64,000 nt of DNA from Macrostomum hystrix (taxonomy: Eukaryota > Animalia > Platyhelminthes): the NCBI GenBank assembly GCA_950097015.1, contig CATNEN010000029.1:2356001-2420000 (forward strand), given 5' to 3'. This document shows, piece after piece, positions 51,807 to 61,396 of the stretch. The first letter of the stretch is position 1; each line of letters starts with the position of its first letter. Under the pieces are notes generated by a model. It worked only from the letters and a program-made list of their open reading frames with translations. It had not been told where the DNA came from and ran no database searches. The position numbers and the translations under genes are program-made.

Positions 51807-51950
51807 ATGAATCCCGCCGACAAGAAAATAGATGCCGCCGCTGGTGCCAAGCAGCAGGACGCCAGGGCGCCGCCGGCCCAGGGCCAGCAGCACGACGCCA
51901 AGGCGCCGCCGGCCCAGGGCCAGCAGCCCAATCCTGCGCATAAGAAGTGA
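51807..51950 (+). CDS. Putative 47-aa microprotein, copy 3
   Basis: Identical to copy 2. Confidence 0.7.
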   Translation: MNPADKKIDAAAGAKQQDARAPPAQGQQHDAKAPPAQGQQPNPAHKK

Positions 51951-54023
51951 AGCTCCCGCGCCTGATCGGGATCTACTTTGCACTCGTGTAATTTTCAGCT
52001 ACTAATTAGTAGTATCTTACAAGTATTCGTATACTTGGCAACTATTGCCGAATTCTAAACAAATATTCTATATAAATCAGTCAAGCTAATCAGATAAGAT
52101 CATACAGAAAAGACTGAGTATTTCACTGAGGTGCTGATAATCTGTATTCAGTAATTTATTGTGCACCAGGTGATCTGACATTTCCAACGAGTAACCTCTC
52201 AAATAAACAATGTACAATATGTACCAAGTAGTTCACTAAGTGACTACATCTACTAAAATTTGTGAAGATAAATTCATGTTAGAAACTGAATTCTTTTTTG
52301 ACTATTCATATGTCAGTGTTTGCGGCAAATTAGTTAACAGGCAAATATGCATATGATACCTGCATATACCTGCATGAAAACTCAAACGGCAAAACTGCTT
52401 GACTTAAAAGCAAACAGAAAGCACGCCGTGCCATAGACAAAATAATTGTCTGTAGATCTGATGCAAGAATATCTGTAGATCTGATGCAAGAATATCTGTA
52501 GATCTGATGGAAGATTATCTGTAGATCTGATGAAAGAATATCTGCAGATCTGATGGCAGAATCTCTGTAGATCTGATGCATGAATATCTGTAGATCTGAT
52601 GGTAGAATATCTGAAAAATTTTTGAAAGATTATCTTTAGATCTGATGCAAGAATATCTGTAGATCTGATGCAAGAATATCTGTAGATCTGATGGAAGATT
52701 ATCTGTAGATCTGATGAAAGAATATCTGCAGATCTGATGGCAGAATGTCTGTAGATCTGATGCATGAATATCTGTAGATCTGATGGTAGAATATCTGAAA
52801 ATTTTTTGAAAGATTGTCTGTAGATCTGATGCAAGAATATCTGTAGATCTGATGCAAGAATATCTGTAGATCTGATGGAAGATTATCTGTAGATCTGATG
52901 AAAGAATATCTGCAGATCTGATGGCAGAATGTCTGTAGATCTGATGCATGAATATCTGTAGATCTGGTGGCAGATTATCTGTAGATCTGATGAAAGATTG
53001 TCTGGAGATCTGATGCAATAATATCTGTAGATCTGAGGCAAGAATATCTGTAGATCTGGTGTAAGATTATATGTAGATCTGGTTGCAGATTATCTGTAGA
53101 TCTGGTGGCAGATTATCTGTAGATCTGATGAAAGATTGTCTGTAGATCTGATGCAATAATATCTGTAGATCTGAGGCAAGAATATCTGTAGATCTGATGC
53201 AAGATTGTCTGTAGATCTGATGCAAGAATATCTGTAGATCTCATAAAAGATTGTCTGTAGATCTGGTGCAAGAATATCTGTAGATCTGGTGGCAGATTAT
53301 CTGTAGATCTGATGAAAGATCGTCTGTAGATCTGAGGCAAGAATAACTGTAGATCTCATAAAAGATTGTCTGTAGATCTGATGCAAGAATATCTGTAGAT
53401 CTGATGCAAGAATATCTGTAGATCTGATGCAAGAATATCTGTAGATCTGGTGGCAGATTGTCTGTAGATCTGATGCAATAATATCTGTAGATCTGAGGCA
53501 AGAATATCTGTAGATCTGATGCAATAATATCTGTAGATCTGATGTAAGATTATATGTAAATCTGATGAAAATAGATGTATAGATCTGGTGGCAGATTATC
53601 TGTAGATCTGATGAAAGATTGTCTGTAGATCTGAGGCAAGAATATCTGTAGATCTGATGTATGAATATCTGTAGATCTGATGGTAGAATATCTGAAAATT
53701 TGATGAAAGATTGTCTGTAGATCTGATGAAAGATTGTCTGTAGATGTGATGAAATATACCCATTGGGTTTGATTGTCCCAAGTCTTGCAGCTTATAATTT
53801 TTATTGAAAACAAGATAAAGCAAGAAATATAAAATATAAATTAAAAATGAAGCCGTATTTTGTTATTCAGAATGCTGCATGGATCATGAACTCATTCTGT
53901 TCTATTTCAGACAGTTTCGGCATAGGAAACAGGCTGACGAATAACAAAAAGTTGCCCGAGGTCATTCCGTCCACAAAAACACCAGTGCAATCCAGCCCAG
54001 TCAAAATGACTATAAATATGCGC

Positions 54024-54379
54024 CTTCTGATGAATGCCTTTTGATGAATGTCTTCTGATGAATGTCTTTTGATGAATGTCTTCTGATGAATGTCTTTTGA
54101 TGAATGTCTTCTGATGAATGTCTTTTGATGAATGTCTTCTGATGAATGTCTTCTGATGAATGTCTTCTGATGAATGTCTTTTGATGAATGTCTTCTGATG
54201 AATGTCTTCTGATGAATGCCTTTTGATGAATATCTTCTGATGAATGTCTTCTGATGAATGCCTTTTGATGAATGTCTTCTGATGAATGTCTTCTGATGAA
54301 TGCCTTTTGATGAATGTCTTCTGATGAATGCCGTTTGATGAATGTCTTCTGATGAATGCCTTTTGATGAATGTCTTCTG
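54024..54379. repeat. 14-bp minisatellite at the truncation point of unit 4
   Basis: Unit TCTT(C/T)TGATGAATG. Confidence 0.95.
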
Positions 54380-55639
54380 TTTATCATAATTCGGGATAAA
54401 ATATAATGTGAAGGTACAACGTCAATGCTATCAGGGATACTTAGATTCGTTGACTACCGTTACTTATACGTATATTGTTACGGAATTAACACTTTATCAA
54501 TACCACCCACTGTTTCTGAACAGTAGAAAGTCCATGGGGTGTTTCAAAAACCCACCTTTTTGTATCTCCTGAAATGTTCAAACAGTCGCCATGAAAATCC
54601 AGAAAATGGGCAAAAAACTTCCGTTCTATTATATGAAACAACTTCCAGAATGACAAAGCGTCGGCATTGTCAATATATTCAATGATTCTTGTCGGGGTAT
54701 CAGGAGACAATAACCAACCAATAGAAACATAACTTTTCTGTTCACAACAATGTCATCATGTAATCAAGTCGGCTATTATTGGTGGCTATATATTGCATTG
54801 ATTATTTTGTTTTTATATGATTGAAGCAATACGGACTCGCCATTGAGATTTTTTACAGATCATTGTTAGTCGTCCTTGTCAGCAGAGACTTTGAAAAATG
54901 GTAGAATATCTCAACTAATATTCTGAGGTTGGATAGCTTGGAAAGCAAATTCATCGTACAGGACAGAAAATGTCGATCTATATTGTGGACTTTCATAAAA
55001 CTCGGTCATTTGGTTTGGGAGCTATCGTGAACTAGGGCTAGGCAGTGGTTATTGAATTCCCCGTGGTATTTTTCTCCAGGGAGGGATAGCGTATTTCTAC
55101 AGTTAAAGAATCCCACAGCATATTTTTACTGTACTGGTCCGATTGGTCCCATTCAGACCATTATCATTAAACAGTACATGCGAAACTTTTCCACCTCTCA
55201 ACGCCGGAACATGCCACGTGCCTCAAGTAATTACTATCTGAGAATTCACGTGTTTACAAACTTCTGTTGAATTTATCGCTAATAAGATAGTCAGTCAAGG
55301 TGCAAAAACCGGATTAAACCGGTTATTATGTCAGGCTTGGCGTTAGTTGGACATGATGTCCATATTAAGACATTAGCATTGCTGAACATGGACGGTGTAG
55401 AGGGTAGGGTAAGAAATATATGAATAGGCTTGAAGCCCAAATGTACTCACACATGTACTCACACCGTTTTGACAGCCAATTAGAATCAGCCTCTCCTGAT
55501 GAAATTCTGGGCTAGTCTTCTGACTGATCTAAAAACCACAAACCACCCACCCCCCAGGTGCTTGATCTCACTTTATTTAAACTACGTCCCCAGCTCTCTA
55601 AATTAACCATTCCAGAACAGTTGAACCGTCTCGAAAGAA

Positions 55640-56242
55640 ATGCAGATCGCCATATCACTGTCGGTAGTACTTCTTGCAGCTGCTGTCAGCCACCTCGCAG
55701 AAGGCGCCGCGATATACGATTGCAGCCAATGCCAGTACTGGGGTAACACTGTCGTGTGCGCCTATAGTAATGGTCAGAGTTACGCCAACGAATGTTACGC
55801 ACACTGTAACGGCGCATCGCCTCCTTACATAAACGGCTACTGCAACAGTGTAGCGACAGCGATCAACTCTAGAAGTGGCTCTTTCAATCCAGTCTATAAT
55901 AATTTAAACAGTAACTATATCGCAAGGAGTGGCTATCCATACAATACGAGGAACAACATTCTCTACAACAATCGGAATGCCCTTTGGTATCCGTACAATA
56001 ACTTCAACCGCTTCAATAACTTCAATAACTTCAACCGGTTCAACAACTTTAATCGCTTCAATCGCTTCTATCGCTTTAATGGCATTCCTAACATTGGCAA
56101 CGCTGGTAGTTGCAACTGCAACAACATGTACTCGCCTGTGTGCGCCAGAATTGGAAACAGTAATGTGCGCAACTCATATCTGAATCAGTGCTTGGCTGCT
56201 TGCTTTGGCGCTTCCATAGTTAACAATGGCCTCTGCACGTGA
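55640..56242 (+). CDS. Secreted protein with two Kazal-type domains and a central Asn/Phe/Arg/Tyr low-complexity region (200 aa)
   Basis: Signal-peptide-like MQIAISLSVVLLAAAVSHLAEG. Six-Cys motifs CSQC...VVCAYSNGQSYANECYAHC...GYC and CNC...SPVCA...SYLNQCLAAC...GLC. Central (NNFNRF)n repeat. AATAAA at about 56565. Confidence 0.9.
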   Translation: MQIAISLSVVLLAAAVSHLAEGAAIYDCSQCQYWGNTVVCAYSNGQSYANECYAHCNGASPPYINGYCNSVATAINSRSGSFNPVYNNLNSNYIARSGYPYNTRNNILYNNRNALWYPYNNFNRFNNFNNFNRFNNFNRFNRFYRFNGIPNIGNAGSCNCNNMYSPVCARIGNSNVRNSYLNQCLAACFGASIVNNGLCT

Positions 56243-56999
56243 ACTGCCATCGCAAGGTTTGCTTAGAATATCTTTTGGTATTACTATTAGTATTATGATA
56301 AGTAGCGAGGCGCAGTTGTATTAACTGGAATATTTGCTAGCGAAGCGTTTGTTTTACCAGGGCTAGTTTTTTTAGTTTTTGAAATCTGCAAATTTGAAAT
56401 CTGATACTGTTTTATTTTTAACTAATTTCTGTTGTCCATTATCGATTTGTGCGTGGTCAACATTCCATTTTGCCTATTTACTTATGGTTTTATATTGCAA
56501 TTACATCTGTGCACTTCAAATATTTACCAATAATGCCAATAGTTTTAATTAACAAATATGAGTCAATAAAATATTGTTCGGTTTCTTACGAGTGACGAAA
56601 TTATCACATCAAGTTGTTTATTTAACAATTTTTCTTATATATATTTTAAGCTTCGCCGTCCTTAAACAAGCTGCAGTAGATTTAAGTCAACTTTAAGACT
56701 TAAGACCTAAAGACTTAAATGAGGCTTCAGCTTAAACTAAAGCATAAAATTTGAAAACTCGCGAATGTCTTTAAGAATCAAGAAGTGCCTGTGTTAATGT
56801 CATAATGCCTAGCATTTTAACGATCATTGTCTGTAGTTTTCTATGCAAGACAATGCATTTGCTGCATTCTTTTAAGATAATATTTAACGTTTTCTTTTTG
56901 CAAAGACGCATGGCATAAGTTTAACACACGTAGTTAAACGAGCAGTGGGCAATCCAATACAAACATGTAGAAAAGCAAGCAGTCACGTCGAAGAACATC

Positions 57000-57295
57000 G
57001 TCAGTTCTTCGAAGAACATTCGAAGAAGAAGTCGATTATATTGGCGCCTCCATCAACGTGTATTCGCATGCGCTTCTCTGGACACGATGAGTTGCTCCGA
57101 CTCAGTTGCCACACGCAGCTGGCAAGCAGTTGCTGAGGTACTAGGCCCCAAAGTAGCCGATTCAGTGGCTCCAGGATTTATGTCAACATTGACGGTTTGA
57201 ACACATAGAGCAGACTTGTAGAGACTTCGATCGCGTCGTTTGTGTAAATATCGCCTCACTGCAGATTCGGTCTTGTGACCAGTCCCCAGCATGAT
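57000..57295 (-). pseudogene. Inverted C-terminal fragment of a paralogous Crypton tyrosine recombinase
   Basis: IMLGTGHKTESAVRRYLHKRRDRSLYKS... then, after a frameshift, PEKRMRIHVDGGANIIDFFFE. This aligns with IMLVTSH*LEATVRRYLHKRRDRSLHKS...PEKKMRIEVNSSSNIIDFFFE of the plus-strand element. Confidence 0.8.
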
Positions 57296-57526
57296 AAGAT
57301 TTGCGCCGGTAGCGCCGGTAGGCGCGAGCAAATAACAATCGTTGTCACGCACTGGGCCGCTGTTTTATTTCATTGTATCGCTATTGGACGATCAAATCGT
57401 ATGAACTGTCTGTGGCATAGAAAAGTGAGACGCTCGTAGCAGGGGGTGTGAAGAAAACTTGAAGAAAACTTTGATGTCTATGGTAGAGTGTATTCATACC
57501 CTTCTGTTTTGTACTAAGGACGAAAG

Positions 57527-59027
57527 TTGATTGAGGCAAGCAGGGGAGAAGAGCACATGCTTAGACTAGTGAGAAATATTAACAAACCTGGAAGCCTAGA
57601 CATGGATGCTAGAAGTATCCATCTTCTAAATTTTAATAATCTTCCTGTCGATAGCTTAAATGCTTTGTCCCAGTCCGAGTTGGATCTCGTAGCCGAACTG
57701 TCGCGCAACGACTGCCGTCGTGACGAGCTAGTGGCCCAGTTCTTGTTGTTTTGTGAGAACTCCATCGGTGACAAAGCGAACTCATCCGATCTGCCTGTTG
57801 ATATTCGTGAACAACTTACCAGCATCGATGAAGCTGGGACGGAAAGTCTACCTCAAAGCAGTCGGAAACAGATGGAGGATCATGGGCGCAAGTTTGTCGA
57901 ATTTCTGGAGGGTCGCGGTCTGAACTCCGATTTGGCGAAAGTGAATGACAACACCCTGAATCAGTATCTACGATTATTCTACTTCCAGTTGAAAACAAAG
58001 AGCGGTGAGAGATTCACCATCGTCGTTAGTCTGCATCCGAGCCGCTATCCAGCGATATTTGAATATCATTGTGAAGAGACAGACAAATCTGGTTGCTACT
58101 GGGACCGTGTTTGATGGCTCAAACAGGATGCTCGAATTCAAGGTCCGTGAATTTATCAAGTCTGGCAAGACAGTTCAAAGCTACGATCCAATCGAGGAGG
58201 GAGACATAGTTAAATTGCGCAACTATTGAAGTACTTTGATCATAGTGACGGAGACCGACTCCAAGATGAATTGCTATTCAATCTCATGTATCAGCTTGGA
58301 GAGCGTGGACGGGAGCACATGAAGACGTTTCTCAATCGGAACTTTTTGGTGCGAGGTGTCGACTCGGATGGACAGCAGTATGCCTGTTTGCCGACGCTAC
58401 CATCGAAGAATCGATTAGCAACACTGGACGCTGGTCAGGTCGCCGATTTGAAGCACGCTAGAATATATGATCTTGAGCTGCTAGAACTGTACGACCGTCC
58501 TATGAAGAGCAACATTGGGAAGAAGTTTATCTTCTCTGATAAGGCACACCGTGGTCTGCGTTATTTACAAGAGTTCATGAAGAACCTATCCGAGAAGGCT
58601 AAGCTAAGCAAGCCTTATACCAACCACTGCATTAGGTGAGTATATATTTGTGTTACGAAGAAAAAGTAAAAGCATGATTGTTTGTTCACCTTTCTGAACA
58701 AGATACCATTGCATTTTTAGAGTCACGAGCATTTGCAACTTGGAAAGCGAAGGGCATGCTGTCCATGACATCATGCTTGTGACGAGTCACTAGTTGGAGG
58801 CGACCGTTCGGCGATATCTGCATAAGAGGCGTGATCGCAGTTTGCACAAGTCCTCTGTGAACGTGCATACCGCCATGAAGAAGTCTTTGGATTGTATGGA
58901 TCGTACTGAGGCTGCGCCATCCATTAGTGGAGATGAGGAGTTTCATCGGGTCCAAGGCCCACCAGAGAAAAAAATGCGGATCGAAGTGAACAGCAGTTCG
59001 AACATCATTGATTTCTTTTTTGAATAG
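57527..59027 (+). mobile_element. Crypton-type tyrosine recombinase (DUF3504-like) pseudogene with one intron
   Basis: Core-binding region KFVEFL...LNQYLRLFYFQLKTKSGE/SPSSLVCIRAAIQRYL. Catalytic motifs GERGRE, YTNHCIR, S/GH and RRY. An 85-nt GT-AG intron (58636-58720) splits the Arg of HCIR and restores the frame (R-VTSICNL). Frameshifts near 58010 and 58226 and an in-frame TAG at 58791. Confidence 0.85.
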
Positions 59028-61139
59028 CTTTAATGACTGCATTAACTGAAATTTAACTTTTGTTGGTGTTCGTTTGAGGCATTCATCACATAGGTTTCGT
59101 CTATGTTCGTTCTTGTTACTTCTTTCAAATAAATTGAACATTCGTCTAGGTTCAATGCCGAATGGGAATCAAAAAATGGCTTCCAAAGCGCGAAAAGAAA
59201 CAAAAATTGGCCATTGACAATTCGTGGCTTCGAGCCCAGCCCGCTGCTTTCAAGTACACACTAAGAATAAACAAACAAGCAAGGACTTCAAAACAACACA
59301 TAATAACTTTTTAACGCTTTCTAAATCACTTGCAAACAAATAGTTAATAGTCAGCAATTAGAGGATATACAAGCGTAGAATGTGATGAATTCACCTTGAC
59401 CTGACACTCTAAAATGTCGTAAATCAGCAAATATTTTTCTAGGCTGTCCGTAAATAAAACTATTAGATAGGGCGGCATGGGCGTACTGAGATGATTAAAG
59501 AGGTCATCACGTCGCATTGCGTGTTAACCCATATCTAATAAACCAACAAAGCATGGGCAAATAAAACTCTAAGTTGATCGTCACACTTTTATTTGCTATG
59601 CTACATTCTAATCAACTTTCTTGCAGAGAGACACAGGTAATTGTCTGTCCATTCGCGCACCGAAGTTGAACATTAGGATTCAATATTTAATTATTTTGAT
59701 TTTAAATATTAGAATAGTGGAATCAAAGCTAGACTTTTTTATAGATGTCTTCTATGAATTTTATAGCTTTTAAAGCTGCCTGTATGTAATTGATGTAATA
59801 GCGACAGTTTAGGGGGGAATGTTTTTGTCCAATTATTTAATCATCCAAATAATTCACCTCCTCCCTTTCCCGATGACTTACCATTTTTCCCGTGACCTTG
59901 AACGCCAACCCCTCCTTCGGTCGTAGATCATTTATTTTTTGGGTTTTTTCTCCTGTCGAATTCACCCACCTACCTCCATTTCTTTGATTTATGAGTTTCC
60001 CCACCTGTCAGCTTCACCCACCTCCTTCTTTTCCATTGTTCTCCGCCCATAAGTCATCCCCACCTGTCTATGCGCACCCACCTTTCTCCAGTTCCCCTAT
60101 GTTTGCTATAGTAATAGATCAAAACCCTCTTTTTTAGTTTGTGATCTGCCCTGTCTCTATATTTTAAGTCATAAATCATCCCGAATTGTTAACTGTCATC
60201 TTTTTAGACCATAAATCATCCCATGCGCCCACCCACTCCTTTCCCAGCCAATAACCGTCCGACTGGCGGAGCACGTGATCCGGTTGTCTGTCAAGGTCGG
60301 GCTGATCACGCGATCACGGCGTGTGTGTGTGTGATAATGGTTCTATAAGAAGGTGGTGTGGCGGCATTTCGTACAGACCTTTGGATTCCTCAGGCCCCTC
60401 TTCGAGACTCGTTCTCACCGTTGGACACTTTCGGACCTTTTCTGTTTTCGTCCTTTGCGTTATTCGAGACTTCGACACCCTTCGTACCCTTCTGTTACCT
60501 CGGCGTTTGGTTTCTACCGTCTGAGTCTACTTGAGACTGCCTGATCGCTGAAGCTAGTGGTTGAGGCTTTGTCTCCCGCCTATTGGCCTGTGCACCTGAG
60601 GCCTACATCCTAACTCAGCGCGTCCCGTCGCCGCCACCTCCTCGTGCCCACCTCTCTGAGCCAAGGTCGCGCCGCCGCCTCTCCCGACTTGACAGCAGCC
60701 GCGTGCTCCGTCGCCGGATTGCTGAGTCGAACCTAACCTCCTTGCCTTTAATATATTGGGGATTGCCTTAAGTGCGCTGACTTGTTAACTTACACTCTCC
60801 CTCATCTCTCTTAATCCCATTTTAACTTGTTATTTTTATGTCGCAATAATTATTAGAACTTAGGACTAAATTTAACTCAGTAAAGTAGGAGCAAAACGAA
60901 ATCTTAATCTAACATTTTGACTTATAAATATTCCTGTTTGCTTTTCATAGTATTTTCATTGTGGCAGTTTTCAGGCCTTATTTGTGATTTTCTACGCTAA
61001 CATTGAACATGGTCTCAAATGGTGTGATCAATTGTTATCAGTGTCAATATTTTTTTATTTATCTGCAAGTCTCTCTTTAAAAGACTCAATAACCAAATTT
61101 TAGTTCTCATTAAAAAAACTTGCTGACTCGGGTGCGAGT

Positions 61140-61396
61140 GACCCAATTAGGCCAGATGTGCAGCCGACAGCACAGTCGCAGCTTTTGCGCAGAGCATCTG
61201 AAGGCTGCGTACTGTAGTTCAGTCCATGGACTGGGGGGATGCCGCACCCACCCTGAATTACCCCAGCTAATGCTGGTACCCATTTAACAGCTGGGTAAAC
61301 TGAAGCAATGCAGAGTTAAGTGTCTTGCTAAGGGACACAATTGTTCCCGTGAAGTCTGGAATCGAACCCCCGACCTAACCACTAGGCTACAACACC
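61140..61396 (-). mobile_element. CORE-like SINE copy 4
   Basis: Reverse complement of copy 1 with a ~22-nt deletion in the tRNA head between the A and B boxes. Confidence 0.88.

Larger units (their letters stand above)
46880..54023. repeat. ~2.31-kb tandem macro-repeat: 3 full units plus a partial fourth
   Basis: The ORF ATGs are at 47185, 49495 and 51807 (spacing 2310 and 2312). Units 2 and 3 are nearly identical. Each unit is ~0.9 kb of non-satellite sequence plus ~1.3 kb of 23-bp satellite. The fourth unit stops just after its TATA box. Confidence 0.97.

Noticed and set aside
11965-54379. CRISPR-like arrays
   Set aside because: The repeats are head-to-tail with no unique spacers, there are no cas genes, and the context is eukaryotic.
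46565-54379. Hammerhead ribozymes or C/D snoRNAs suggested by frequent CTGATGA
   Set aside because: No GAAA core with flanking stems II and III and no C/D terminal stem or guide. The motif is simply part of the satellite monomers.
54486-55130. Minus-strand coding-like fragments (DALSFWKLF...)
   Set aside because: Too short and interrupted to assign. The faint resemblance to a hAT dimerisation motif is not supported by other motifs.
59380-59495. C/D box snoRNA candidate (GTGATGA...CTGA...CTGA)
   Set aside because: No terminal stem, no recognisable rRNA-complementary guide, and no host intron context.
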